Shown: piece by piece, positions 47,801 through 58,619 of the stretch
Numbering within the stretch: position 1 is the stretch's first letter
Layout: the number at the start of each line of letters is the position of its first letter
Source: a virus
Length of the DNA: 64,000 bases
IMG/VR virus record: IMGVR_UViG_3300023110_001595
Coordinates: 11,783-75,782 of that record
Direction: 5' to 3' (one strand)
Made by a program: the position numbers and the translations under genes
The notes under the pieces: generated by a model
What the model was told of the DNA's origin: nothing
Database searches by the model: none
Seen by the model: the letters and a program-made list of their open reading frames with translations, nothing else

Positions 47801-50800
47801 TCGTTTGATATTGTAAAATCACTTATTAGTTGGTCTACGCCTCCTACAGTAATTGAAATATCTGCACTACGAGTACTCAAAGGCCACTTCAAATTAAATT
47901 CTGTTAAGCCACCATTGCCAACAAATGTTTCTGTTTCGTCTAAAGTTGTGAACAAGTAATTGCCTGAAACTCTATCAAATTTCATTAACATATGTGTGTT
48001 ACGCACTAAGTTATTGCCTATAACAGCATAAACAATAGCCTCTTCGCCATCTTCATTTAATCCACCATTAATAGTAACTGTAGGTGTATTGAAATATTTT
48101 GCACCAACAGTATCTACTTCAATATAACCAATGCTGTCACCACTTAGATAAGCAAAACCTTCAAGTGTTGGACCACCGCCTCCTTCGACTGTGATATTCG
48201 CAGTGTTTACATATCCGCTTCCGCCACTGTAAATCACAAATTCTTTGATTTCAAATCCTACATTATCATACCAATTACGTTTTGGATATTCTAAAACTTC
48301 GCTGTCTACATTTTCAAAATTATTGTTTATAAATTTAATTGCTTCAGGTACAACCTTTCCTACCACAGGATCATAACTTGGAGGCAAATCAAAATCAGTG
48401 ACGTTGGTTTGTGTTGGTTCAATCTTTTCATAAGCACTTACATATTCTCTAATCTTTGTACTATAAGGTTTTACCTCACTGATATACTCCTGATAATTTG
48501 GTAAGTTATCATTTTGATATGTGATTTTTTGCGCAAGTTCACCTACATTGTGTTTTGCGGTTACAAAACTAGATTTGAATATCCAGTCTACATCAATTTG
48601 TTCACTAATAGCATATCTTACACTACTGAAGAATAATTTGTTCCATTCAACTTCTAATTGATCTACAAACAAATTATTTTGAATCGTATTTAAAATAATA
48701 CGTGTTTCTTGTGTAGGTTCTCTATCATAGAAACTTGTGTCATAAATTTGCTTATCATAACCTACAGATTCGTTTTGATACAATGTTGTTGTAAATTGAA
48801 TTGTACCATTTTGTCTACCAATAGTTTTATAATTTACAGTATAATCAACATTTGATTGATTGTCAATCTTTTCTAACAACAACCAGCCGCCTGTGCCTAT
48901 GGTTTCAATTTTAATAACACTACCAATTATGTCATCTAAACTTTCTAATTCATATGCACCTGGAATAATAAAGTTTATTGCTGTTTCTGCATTATATCCT
49001 TGTGCATACCAATCTTCATAGTTCCAATAAAGTGTAGTGTCGTAATCTTGTATTTGATTTCTAAACCACTCGCCTGTACTTGCAATCCAGTTGTAGATTG
49101 CCCAGAAACCACCTATGCTAGAATCGTTTTTAACAAGTACACTAAATGGACGTACAATCAATGTTGTGTTATCTAAATAATTTTTACCACCATTTAAGAT
49201 TTCAACACTTGTAACTTGTCCTAAGTTGTTTATGTATGTTTTAATTTCTGCACCATAACCTGTGCCTTCAATTGTTACAGTTGGGCCATCTCTTGTTGCA
49301 CCGCTGGTATAATTACTGTCAATATAGCCACGCCCTGCATTTGTAATTTGTACTTCAGTTATCGTACCGTCTTCAATAATCGGTGTAAGAACAGCCTGTT
49401 CAATTTTTGCAGTACCAATAAAACGTAATAAATTTTCACTTTCTATTTCTGTATCCCATAAATGACTATATTTGCTCGGAGCAGGATCAATTTGTTGCAA
49501 TGGTGATATATCAAACTCATCAACAACTACATAACCTTTCAAAACACCATTTACACGCTCAACAATCTGTTTGAGTGCTTCTTTACGGTTTACAAACATA
49601 CTTTGGTTTGGTTCATTTAAAATACCAAAACGTCTAGCAATACTTACTCTAGTATCTGGCAATTGAATATTTTGTTCATTGTATCCAACAAGACTATCTA
49701 CCCATTTGTCAACAATGTCTGTATTAGGTTTGCTACTTGCTAAACCTTCTGTTAACAATTGGTATTCGCTATGTATGTTATTTTCTTCATTATCAGAAAC
49801 TGAATAATCAATATGTAAAACTGTATTTTTATCTTTGATTAAATTTTTAACATTGTGTAACGCAAATGTTTGACTGTCAAAAAGATTAATATATCTGTAT
49901 CCTTGTCCTGCAGGATCTTTAATTAAATTTTCTACATTATTTGCGCTAATATTTCTGCCATAAGTGTTTGGAACAGTAGTCTTTCCTTTGACCCAGAAGT
50001 AATATCTAGGCACTGCAATACCTGTTATTGCATCATATGTGTTTGTAATTGTATATGTATCATCGCCGTATAAACTTAAACCACTTATACCATCTGCTAA
50101 ACCTTCGGTTGTATCTGCTATACTGTCCCATTCGCTGGGTAGATATTCACTTTCTACCCATTCGTATACGTCAATATCAAACCCTGGCACTATTTGATTC
50201 CAATAGTTGGATTTATATTGTATATCTCCTTGATATGGTGTATACCATTTTACAGTATCTATATTCCACCATAGCTTTCCAACGTGTTCTTTGCCCCATA
50301 AATCAGCAGATCCTGTATTTGTCGATCCAGTGTTATAAACAGCAGGATCATAATATAATTTGTAAGATATTTCTTGCTCTGCTGGTCCAGCAATACGTCC
50401 TTGAATCGGATCAATAAAATCTAAATATGTAATTAAATCTTTTGTTGTTTTGTCGTATAACCACACACCTTTAACTTTTGCTAGATTGACATATCTATCA
50501 ACTTCGGCAGTAAGTGTCCAAGCTGTTGCACCTATGTTAGTTCTAAAATCTTGTATGACTCCAACATTGTTAGTACTATCTCCTAAAATAACATCTAGTG
50601 GTTGAGATGGCGCAACCATATACAGGTGGTTTCTATTCAAATATCCATATGCTCTATTTGCCTGTGTCACATCTGTACTTGTAAATAATTTTTCAGCATA
50701 GATCATTCCGTCTTTTGTTTCGTTCAAAACTTCATACAAATATACTTGCGAATTGTCTTTTACTGCGTCAATTATTTGTGTAGTAGAATTGTCAAAAGTT

Positions 50801-53800
50801 GTAGGAGTTTCTAATGGTGTAGATGTGTCGTCTTTAACATATCTACTGCCAAGTGAAGTGATTGCTCCAGGCAATAATTCGCTGTATGAATCAAATGTTG
50901 TTTCAAATTGAGTATCACCACGTTCGCTTGTAACTGCTAGACGTGTATCTTCTAAATCAACATATACTCCAAATCTGTTGTTCTTTTCTCCATCAGGTGA
51001 ATATAATTCTTGGTCTAATGCAAATTGACTGTTTTGTAATTTGTATAGGTATACTTTACCATTAAGTATTCCGGCAGCATCTGAATTAGGAGCACCAATT
51101 GCTAATCTAGATCCGTTGCTGTTTAATGAAATACTATATCCAAAAAATTCGTTGTCAACTGGAGAATCAATATTTTGGTCAAAAACATATCTGTTGTTTT
51201 GTTTTCTATATATAGCAACACGATATTCACTACCAGATAAAACGCCTGATAATGCTAACACTTCACCATTTTCACTTATATCATATGTGATACCAACATC
51301 ACTTGCTAATCCAAAACCACTACTATCTTCATTATATAAATCTGTTGCTTCGTCGAGATCAGATGTTACATAACCAGTATAATCAACATAAGTATCAAGC
51401 TGATTCCATAAATTTGAATCAAAGGGATTACCTGCCGGTACAAGTGTATTAGCTTGATACAAACTACCTAAGTAATACACAATTTCATTTTCAATATATT
51501 TTCTTACAGTGTTCCATTCACCTCTATAACTTTCATCAATATTATATCTGTAAGATTCAACATCATTATCTACTTGGTTTGTAATGATATATACTCTACC
51601 ATTATCAGCTAAACTTCTAATATACAAATGATAATCAAAATCATTAGGAGACACAACTTTTACACCGAGTCCAAATTTTTCATCTGTACCAGGAGCACTG
51701 CTCAATATAATGTCAACTAATTCAAAGTTATTATCAACAAGTTTTTTATAAATGTAAACAACACCTTGATTTGTATACTTGCTCGGTAATGCTGCTGCAT
51801 CTGCTTTTATAATTTCTACTTTTTGCCAATCTTGGCTATCTAAGTCTATTGTACTACTTTCAACTGTTACATCTCTTAGAGCTTGCCAAAGTACACCTTT
51901 GCTACTTACAATATCACCTGCAACATATGCGTCTAAAGGATCTAACTCACCCAAGTATCTACTCTTAACATTAGTTGCTGTAGGTGCGCCAACATATAGA
52001 TATTGTCCGTCTGCAGAAATATCTACACTAGATCCAAATTCTCCGTCATCATGATAAGTTGTGATAGCATCTAATGTTTGCGATAATTTAAAATCTAATG
52101 CTTCGCTACTTCTTGTATAAATGTAAACTCTTCCGTATCCTAAATCAGGAGCACCTACGGCCATTATTGTGTTATTGTAACTTGCAGATACACTACGTCC
52201 GTATTTGTAACTGCTTTCTTCGGGTGCAGTAATAGTTTGTATTTTTTTTCTAATAGGAGCATTATCGTATACTCCACTAACACCATTACAAATATCATCA
52301 ACCCACATTCTATCATTATCTAAATCGTAAGTTTTTAGGATTGCATTAATGTCTACAAGTTCATTTACTCTACGAGAATTAAATTCAGTTACAATACCAA
52401 GTGTACTATCTTCTATATTGATAAAATCTGTGCTTATTGGTGTATCTGTTTCAATTTCAATATTAGGCATTATAACTGTAGAATCTTCACCACTTATAGT
52501 GTTTGGTTGAATATTTGTTACAAGCCAGAAACCATTTACTTCATCATCAATGTTGTTAACACCTATAATAGAATTTTCTGCAAAAGTTATAGGTTTATTA
52601 AAATATATTTTGAAACCTAGATCTGTTTTTTCAACAAGTGTAACACTTATTGGAGCAATTACGTGTTTATATACATTCCAACTTGTTCCGCTTTTAGGAA
52701 CCCAAATATATGATCCTACATCTACAGATTGTAGCTCTAAAGATAAAATGTCTTCATATGTTTTTGTAATAAAATTAATTTGGTCTAATTTTACATACCC
52801 GCCTGTTTTTGTATACTCAGTTACAGCTTCTAATGTAGGTAAAAATAAACCTGTATCATAATTGTCGGGAGCGATTAAAACATCTGCTTTTTTATATTGA
52901 TAGACTAAATCAGTTTTTGTGCTATCAACTTGATTTACTAATTCTATTAACTGTGGTTCTATTCTAAATTGCTTTTCATCTAGTTGGAATTCAACTTCAT
53001 CAAAACTTTTTACTGCACCGTATTGTCCAACACGTAATGCCCATTCTTCATAAAGTTCAATGCTATCTTGATTAGCACTGCCTAGTTTGTCAAACAGTTT
53101 AGTAACACTGTTTGATGTTCCTTTGTCTTGGATAAAGCCTTGATAAAATTTATATTGACTTACATCATCCTGTATGATATTAGATAGGTAATTTCTTTTT
53201 TGATAACCAATTAAATGCTGTGCTAGACGTTGTTGTTCCGCATCAAAATTATCTGTATCTAAATCATAAAAATCAGCAAATTGATTTGCTCTATAATCCC
53301 AATTAGGTTTTAATTCATTATTTGGTTTTTCTGGTAACAATGTCCACAAATTATTATCAAAGTCTTGTACACCAGTATGTGTAATATTTGCAGCGTAATA
53401 AAATTCTTTAAATTTTACAAGCTCGCCAATTGTGTAATCTTTATATGATTCCCATTCTGATACTTTAGCATCATCGTAAATAAATCCGGGAATATTTAAT
53501 CCACCATTCCATTCATCTGTTCTATAACCTACTACTTTTAATCTTTCTTGCCTATAACCCGTACTAGGACTATAAATTGTATCATTAAAAATAGTTGTAT
53601 TGTCTACAAATATAGTGTGTTCTTTTTGTATCAATGGTAATTTAATTAGGAAAATTCCATTGTCTTCTGAACTTATTTGGAAACCATTGTTATTATCTCT
53701 ATATACATTAAACAAGCCACTATTTAATTTATTTCCATTTTGATCAAGTATAGGATAGTTGTAAAAACTATTAAAAACATTATCAACAGAATAATATTCT

Positions 53801-56800
53801 CTTGTAAACTGTATATTATTTGCAGCTGGGCTTAGAGTGATAATACTACTTGTTGCCCAATTTTGCGTTGACCAGAACAAAAATTCTTTAGCAGCAAGTG
53901 ACCAATTTTCAACCGCATTAGTAGCATTATTAAAATAATCAAAACTAAATCCTAATTCAATTAAGTAAGTTTGATATCCTAATAAAAAATCTACAACATC
54001 TTGTATTTCAGGTAAAATAGTTCCATAGTTTAAAACATAAGTATTGGTATCAAACTTTTTCCTAAATGTTGCATTTACTCCACCTACTTGAGGTAGTTGG
54101 GGTAATCTTGTATATTTTGTATCATCAAATGTATTTTCGGATGTATGATTTACATTTACTCTGTAATATACTTCATTGTACTTTATAATTTTGCCAGCAA
54201 TGTAAGTTTGATTTTCGCTCCAAGTAGCAAAACTTTCACTTATGCCACCAACATTTACGCTAGGATCACTGGCTGTTTCTATAGACTTGTTATAATAAAA
54301 GAAAGGCTGTGATTTATCATATCCATTAATTTTAAAACCTTTAGATGTTTTTTCTACAATGACACCACTATATGTCACAATCTCTTGAGGAGATGAACTT
54401 CTAAAAGTTAAATTATAATTTTCAAAAGGTACAAATACATTTCCTTGGCTTAATGGAGTTTTACTATCTAAAACTAATTTTAATTTTTCTTTATTTGCAT
54501 ATCCTGCTAATTTAAATCCAATTTTGTTTTGAATATTTTTAACGTCCGAAATATATTTGTCATATGTAAACTCAGTGTTTAATCCTACATAGAATCGAAT
54601 GTACTGTACTAATCCTCCAGAAATTACTGAATCTACTCCTGGAAACACAAGGTTTGAAAGATTTATACGTTTGTTAGTATCTGTATAAACTAAATTACCA
54701 CTTATATCTCTTGAAATTCTTGATCTATCAAAGCCTATACCAATTGTATGAGCAGGACGTAATAGAACCATTGCTACTAATAATGCAAAAGGATAATCAC
54801 TACTTCTTCTCCAAGCAGTTTCTTCTGGCGCATGATCTCCGAATTTAAATGCTATACTTTTTTGTGGTGCAAAACTGAAGTTTTGAGCATATCCACTTTC
54901 CAAAGGAGAAAGTAGTTGCCCATTTTCGTTTACAGGAATATGTTTTAATAAATTTGATCTTACGTATTTTGATCTTACCTTTACAGGTTGTCCTGGTTCT
55001 CTTACTATACCGTTTTGTAAATCATTCCATAAAATAAGATTGTTGCTTGTATAAGGAGCAGGACCATAAACATCAGTCCACCATAAAGGCTCTGAACCAA
55101 AACCTAACATTTCCCAAGGATGTGTATGAGGTCTGTCGGTATCAAATGCTTGAATATATACACCTCTCCAAAATCCTGGTAATTTTTCATTTTTTAGATT
55201 TGTACTTCTACTATAATTGTAGGTAAATGTATTTCCTAATCTGTTAAAAGAATTATCTGTATAATCTGCTACTTTTGCAACATCTAACCATTTTACAAAA
55301 TCTGTAATAATAATATTATCTATGCTTTGTTTAGATACTCCAGTATTTCTACTAAAGCCACCTACAATATCATTGATGTCAAAAATATCTTCGTTGTATG
55401 TAATTTTAATATTGTTGTAAATTCTTTTTTCAAATTCTAATATTAAGTCATCTCTATAATCATCAAAGGCAACCATAATACTACCATCGTGTCCCCTAAT
55501 AACATTTAACGGACCTGTGTTTGGTAATTCATTGCCATTGGCATCATATCTTACTTGATATGTTGTGTCAAGAAATTTTTCTGGACGATATGCTGGAAAT
55601 AAACCAATTTTTGTAGGTGTTGGAGGAATAAAACTACCTTCAGTATTTGCATATTCGTAAATCTTAATTATATCCCCAATAGCAAAATCTTTTTTAATTT
55701 CTACAAACCCTGTATCTGTAAAGGTATAATCATAATCATGTGTAAGTTGCTGATCGTTTATGTAAACATACACTGTTAAATTACTAATAATATTTTTAGA
55801 AAACACAGAACTTAACGCATAAACTTTTAATCTATCATCTAAAACCTCGTATTCTATTTTAACACTTCCGCCTGTGCCTGCCATATCTGTGCTATAGAAA
55901 GGACTAGATGTGTTTTTATCAGCATTTATTGTGTTGAAAATAAAATCTACTTGTTCTTTTACAGTGCCAGTTGGTGCATTATCAGTAGCTGTTTGTATAA
56001 ATTGCCTTTTGAACTTTTGATATTCATTTGAAGCATATCTAATAGATTTTACAATGTTTGCATTTTTAGATGCCAAATGGTAAAGTGCTAAATTTATCGG
56101 TCCACTATGTTGGATAAATTTTCTTCCAAAACTATAAACAGGACCCAAATCACGTAAGTTACTACTTCCAGGTTGTAAACCTTGGTAACCTTTTACTTCT
56201 CCTACTAACCCTTCTACGTGGTCATTAACTTCACCAAGTGTAAAATCAGTGATGTTGTCATTAAGTGGATTGCGTTCAAAGTTATAAGGAATTTCATAAT
56301 AACCATTTGCATTTTTAGTTGCACCACTATAAGATTTTATTACAACTACATCGGTAAAATTCAATGCATTAACAAACACGACTCTTTTAATATTGTTGAC
56401 TGTAACTAAATTATAATCAATACCTTCAGTTTTATAGATGCTGTTTACATAAACTTTTATATCTAAATCAGATAATGTTCCGCTGTTGTCAAATACATCA
56501 ATAGGAAAATTATTAATATATTCTTCGCCTGTAAATTTTCTTACAACGTATTGCTTTGATTTTCCTTCTGCTTTTTGCCAAGCATTTTCATATGTTATTT
56601 TTTCATTTTTAAATTTTTGTAAAAACAGTGTATCACTTGGCACTGCAACAAAATCATTGTCTACTTTATAATTATAAGATTTACTCAAAAGTGGAAAATC
56701 AAAAACAATGTCACCTATGTTTACAAAATTCTTATAAGTTAAAGGAAATCCTAATTCTGTATCTTTAGTACCTTCGCCTACACGATAATTAAATATTCTG

Positions 56801-58617
56801 TTTCCTACAAATTCTGTACTATCATAAACAGATTCATCTCCTAAACTGTTTCCATCTTTATCAAAAAGATCAAACAAAGGTGCTTGGTTTACACCAACTT
56901 TATCTTGTGATCTATACCAAGCGTTATTTTTATAATAAAACATACGTCCGGCATTATCAACACCATCTAAAATTAAAACAGTTTCATTTTCATAAGGTGT
57001 AGTGTCGCTTGTTTCTGTTAAACTTATTTGAGTGTTATTGTTATGTTCTATAAAATTAACTTGAAATATTTTACCATTAACAAGTTGATCAGGATCTCCA
57101 GTAAACAATATACGCATACCATTTGCTAAATCAGCGCCATCAACGTTATAACCAACACTACCTTCGATTGTACTGAATACATCTGCTGTTGTTGTATCAA
57201 TCAAATCAACTGCTGCTTTTGCTTTGTTACCATGATTGAATAATTTTAGATCTGGTTCAAATTCAATAATAGGTCTACGAGCTCGTAAATCTTCAAAAAT
57301 TTCAATTGGCTGATTGTTTATTTCTGCACTCTTTTCGATTACACTTTTATGTGTCCAACGGTTATATCTACTCCAAGGGTTTTTGCTTTTATCTCTACGA
57401 TTGATACAAACATAATCTTTTGTGCCTGCAAAACTTTTTGCATCTCCAAATGGTACTCTATCAAAGGGATTAATATCAAATGGTACTTGTGTATCTTGTG
57501 TAAAAATTGCAGGAACTTGCAAATCTTTAACTGCAACAAGTTCGATTGAATCTCCTACACCTTCAATGTAATACAATCCTTCAGCATAAGATTCTGGTGT
57601 AACGTTTCCTTGAAAATAAATTTTCATTCCGTTGGTAAAGTCCCAACCGTCTGCTGTTCTATAAGTTTTTTTACCAATAATTTCATCTTCTACATTGATT
57701 GCTGTAGATTCTTCAATGTCAAAAACATTTATATTACCGCTTACATTAATATCATTCTGGCTAATATAATATAAATTGTTAGGTGCATTTCCTGGTATAG
57801 TAAATTCTAACACACCTTTTGTAATAAAACCAGTTTCTACTAAATCGGTTCTATCAACCACTGTATCATCATACTCGCCTGTGATTGTTACACCTTGTAA
57901 ATAAAGGTTTTCTACATACTGTGTGCTGTCGGCATAAGGAACATTTTTTAATCTGCTTAAAGCAATACCAAAAGGATGGCCTGGAGTATCTACTTCAAAT
58001 CTATAAGTTTGACCCCTGTACAGTGTTAAAACTTTGTTTCGTGTTACACCATCGGGTGTGAATACAAATGCTGCATCCCCGCCGTCATATTCAAGTCTGA
58101 CTTTTAATGTGCTTACAACGTCAATACCTGTTCCTCTTACAGGAACTTCTTGTGGTCCATTTGGTAACCAATAATATTCACGGAAGTTTGTGAACTTGTC
58201 AAAATCAATATGCGGATTCCAAGCATAAAATTCTTGCGCAAACATTTTATCATGATTGCTTGTGTCGCCTCCGAAAGCAGAAATTTGTCCTAGCAAATCT
58301 AAATAATCTGCATCAAATTCTACATTACCTAATGTATCTTCAATAATTGTATATGGTTCTAGTTGATAATCTTGTCTATGTTTTGATACGTCTTCAACAT
58401 AAGAATCATTTGTTGTTGTAGCTTTTGCTTCTCTGCTTCCAACAAATCCATTTATTTTTTCAACAACACCAGGTGATGTAAGCTGATCTAATGTACTGCC
58501 TATAAACTTTTTATTTGCATCTGTACGAAAAAATCTTGGTAACAATGCAGCATTTGTTCTTTTACTGTCATCACGACTTGGAACAGGGTACTCGTTTTGA
58601 TTTTTATCATAAGACAT
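44809..58617 (-). CDS. Giant (4602 aa) baseplate wedge/adhesin-like structural protein
   Basis: Directly downstream of the gp6-like gene (the gp7 position). Contains FG-GAP-like repeats (VGAP/IGAP..G.VY.Y), G.GY beta-sandwich repeats and CBM5/12-like modules. Confidence 0.75.
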   Translation of the reverse strand: MSYDKNQNEYPVPSRDDSKRTNAALLPRFFRTDANKKFIGSTLDQLTSPGVVEKINGFVGSREAKATTTNDSYVEDVSKHRQDYQLEPYTIIEDTLGNVEFDADYLDLLGQISAFGGDTSNHDKMFAQEFYAWNPHIDFDKFTNFREYYWLPNGPQEVPVRGTGIDVVSTLKVRLEYDGGDAAFVFTPDGVTRNKVLTLYRGQTYRFEVDTPGHPFGIALSRLKNVPYADSTQYVENLYLQGVTITGEYDDTVVDRTDLVETGFITKGVLEFTIPGNAPNNLYYISQNDINVSGNINVFDIEESTAINVEDEIIGKKTYRTADGWDFTNGMKIYFQGNVTPESYAEGLYYIEGVGDSIELVAVKDLQVPAIFTQDTQVPFDINPFDRVPFGDAKSFAGTKDYVCINRRDKSKNPWSRYNRWTHKSVIEKSAEINNQPIEIFEDLRARRPIIEFEPDLKLFNHGNKAKAAVDLIDTTTADVFSTIEGSVGYNVDGADLANGMRILFTGDPDQLVNGKIFQVNFIEHNNNTQISLTETSDTTPYENETVLILDGVDNAGRMFYYKNNAWYRSQDKVGVNQAPLFDLFDKDGNSLGDESVYDSTEFVGNRIFNYRVGEGTKDTELGFPLTYKNFVNIGDIVFDFPLLSKSYNYKVDNDFVAVPSDTLFLQKFKNEKITYENAWQKAEGKSKQYVVRKFTGEEYINNFPIDVFDNSGTLSDLDIKVYVNSIYKTEGIDYNLVTVNNIKRVVFVNALNFTDVVVIKSYSGATKNANGYYEIPYNFERNPLNDNITDFTLGEVNDHVEGLVGEVKGYQGLQPGSSNLRDLGPVYSFGRKFIQHSGPINLALYHLASKNANIVKSIRYASNEYQKFKRQFIQTATDNAPTGTVKEQVDFIFNTINADKNTSSPFYSTDMAGTGGSVKIEYEVLDDRLKVYALSSVFSKNIISNLTVYVYINDQQLTHDYDYTFTDTGFVEIKKDFAIGDIIKIYEYANTEGSFIPPTPTKIGLFPAYRPEKFLDTTYQVRYDANGNELPNTGPLNVIRGHDGSIMVAFDDYRDDLILEFEKRIYNNIKITYNEDIFDINDIVGGFSRNTGVSKQSIDNIIITDFVKWLDVAKVADYTDNSFNRLGNTFTYNYSRSTNLKNEKLPGFWRGVYIQAFDTDRPHTHPWEMLGFGSEPLWWTDVYGPAPYTSNNLILWNDLQNGIVREPGQPVKVRSKYVRSNLLKHIPVNENGQLLSPLESGYAQNFSFAPQKSIAFKFGDHAPEETAWRRSSDYPFALLVAMVLLRPAHTIGIGFDRSRISRDISGNLVYTDTNKRINLSNLVFPGVDSVISGGLVQYIRFYVGLNTEFTYDKYISDVKNIQNKIGFKLAGYANKEKLKLVLDSKTPLSQGNVFVPFENYNLTFRSSSPQEIVTYSGVIVEKTSKGFKINGYDKSQPFFYYNKSIETASDPSVNVGGISESFATWSENQTYIAGKIIKYNEVYYRVNVNHTSENTFDDTKYTRLPQLPQVGGVNATFRKKFDTNTYVLNYGTILPEIQDVVDFLLGYQTYLIELGFSFDYFNNATNAVENWSLAAKEFLFWSTQNWATSSIITLSPAANNIQFTREYYSVDNVFNSFYNYPILDQNGNKLNSGLFNVYRDNNNGFQISSEDNGIFLIKLPLIQKEHTIFVDNTTIFNDTIYSPSTGYRQERLKVVGYRTDEWNGGLNIPGFIYDDAKVSEWESYKDYTIGELVKFKEFYYAANITHTGVQDFDNNLWTLLPEKPNNELKPNWDYRANQFADFYDLDTDNFDAEQQRLAQHLIGYQKRNYLSNIIQDDVSQYKFYQGFIQDKGTSNSVTKLFDKLGSANQDSIELYEEWALRVGQYGAVKSFDEVEFQLDEKQFRIEPQLIELVNQVDSTKTDLVYQYKKADVLIAPDNYDTGLFLPTLEAVTEYTKTGGYVKLDQINFITKTYEDILSLELQSVDVGSYIWVPKSGTSWNVYKHVIAPISVTLVEKTDLGFKIYFNKPITFAENSIIGVNNIDDEVNGFWLVTNIQPNTISGEDSTVIMPNIEIETDTPISTDFINIEDSTLGIVTEFNSRRVNELVDINAILKTYDLDNDRMWVDDICNGVSGVYDNAPIRKKIQTITAPEESSYKYGRSVSASYNNTIMAVGAPDLGYGRVYIYTRSSEALDFKLSQTLDAITTYHDDGEFGSSVDISADGQYLYVGAPTATNVKSRYLGELDPLDAYVAGDIVSSKGVLWQALRDVTVESSTIDLDSQDWQKVEIIKADAAALPSKYTNQGVVYIYKKLVDNNFELVDIILSSAPGTDEKFGLGVKVVSPNDFDYHLYIRSLADNGRVYIITNQVDNDVESYRYNIDESYRGEWNTVRKYIENEIVYYLGSLYQANTLVPAGNPFDSNLWNQLDTYVDYTGYVTSDLDEATDLYNEDSSGFGLASDVGITYDISENGEVLALSGVLSGSEYRVAIYRKQNNRYVFDQNIDSPVDNEFFGYSISLNSNGSRLAIGAPNSDAAGILNGKVYLYKLQNSQFALDQELYSPDGEKNNRFGVYVDLEDTRLAVTSERGDTQFETTFDSYSELLPGAITSLGSRYVKDDTSTPLETPTTFDNSTTQIIDAVKDNSQVYLYEVLNETKDGMIYAEKLFTSTDVTQANRAYGYLNRNHLYMVAPSQPLDVILGDSTNNVGVIQDFRTNIGATAWTLTAEVDRYVNLAKVKGVWLYDKTTKDLITYLDFIDPIQGRIAGPAEQEISYKLYYDPAVYNTGSTNTGSADLWGKEHVGKLWWNIDTVKWYTPYQGDIQYKSNYWNQIVPGFDIDVYEWVESEYLPSEWDSIADTTEGLADGISGLSLYGDDTYTITNTYDAITGIAVPRYYFWVKGKTTVPNTYGRNISANNVENLIKDPAGQGYRYINLFDSQTFALHNVKNLIKDKNTVLHIDYSVSDNEENNIHSEYQLLTEGLASSKPNTDIVDKWVDSLVGYNEQNIQLPDTRVSIARRFGILNEPNQSMFVNRKEALKQIVERVNGVLKGYVVVDEFDISPLQQIDPAPSKYSHLWDTEIESENLLRFIGTAKIEQAVLTPIIEDGTITEVQITNAGRGYIDSNYTSGATRDGPTVTIEGTGYGAEIKTYINNLGQVTSVEILNGGKNYLDNTTLIVRPFSVLVKNDSSIGGFWAIYNWIASTGEWFRNQIQDYDTTLYWNYEDWYAQGYNAETAINFIIPGAYELESLDDIIGSVIKIETIGTGGWLLLEKIDNQSNVDYTVNYKTIGRQNGTIQFTTTLYQNESVGYDKQIYDTSFYDREPTQETRIILNTIQNNLFVDQLEVEWNKLFFSSVRYAISEQIDVDWIFKSSFVTAKHNVGELAQKITYQNDNLPNYQEYISEVKPYSTKIREYVSAYEKIEPTQTNVTDFDLPPSYDPVVGKVVPEAIKFINNNFENVDSEVLEYPKRNWYDNVGFEIKEFVIYSGGSGYVNTANITVEGGGGPTLEGFAYLSGDSIGYIEVDTVGAKYFNTPTVTINGGLNEDGEEAIVYAVIGNNLVRNTHMLMKFDRVSGNYLFTTLDETETFVGNGGLTEFNLKWPLSTRSADISITVGGVDQLISDFTISNELDKTRSYERYTGRITFTNAPANNAEVIINYKKSTDLLTAADRINFFYNPTTGMPGKELSQLMDGVDYGGVQVDSIGFGESLGWDLQGFGIDFDTYDINNEDEIIVLDGSTQIVNLSKVLESGVTYNVYLNNVRIDDPAYPATGTNPNAKMVSPQGDDISLTIFLDSDVITTKADDVIVVRKSTSDGSFTPESTAFDVSLQGGGFQYTTATGIDPGDIVVDGDGFVTPTTSKGPEEQVPGQVLDAVDIQVYSRVSEGQGIISTRSYLTDGTTIEWEFDAFPQTENTVVVTVEGEVIDNADLKLDFETRLLSLADSSAIAANKNLTIVSIGTNGVNILDSDNIIADGTNTYYELPIRFTEEQSTFVTVNGVKQEPATQYGYDTNADGFGTLEFPTVLDEGTVIGYTVYSEKLNQFSEMVIDKTMVTDGLNITHRFTNDVAVPSLKKPYASNVLVQREKGSKFLHPGYRIGYTTTIARQYDIQAWQFEDTTAIDSKDVIVYLDEVLLSDEEWNYDPLNGRVEILSNNVALPGAKLEIFIIRDAEYFFFNTQVVIENGSALDDLVRDQDVSFRLTDDSTIVNARVESFTRDGDNMTIELQGYVRDLFELKSTDDTPAMVANDESTADLKLLDVTLVETDNLVLKEAPDAWETVSVYTFSNHDINEFERNSYDVVWNTNQAPVGSQEYIDKNLLSKGFVKLQKPALSANYVWVFVNGEIQVPQKDYKISTAKDGVQLYKKVLPNDKIDVLQFAAQTSKPKFGFRIFKDMLNRYHYKRLNNQNEYELQQPLNYYDQVIQLKDSTGIQSPNKALGTPGVVWIDKERIEYYTLDGNLLRQVRRGTLGTGVKSTYEVGTKVTGQGIEENIPYKDEVIKTTFIGDSSSKQFILDFTPSSIDEIDVFLAGTRLRKDNIVEFDHTIDQDSPEADVTRAPEVTMETIVWGDSTVTALYLADYIDPPANGTIIEVIRKTGKTWTDPGKSIADSENQIAKFITDKTISLPR

Positions 58618-58619
58618 TA

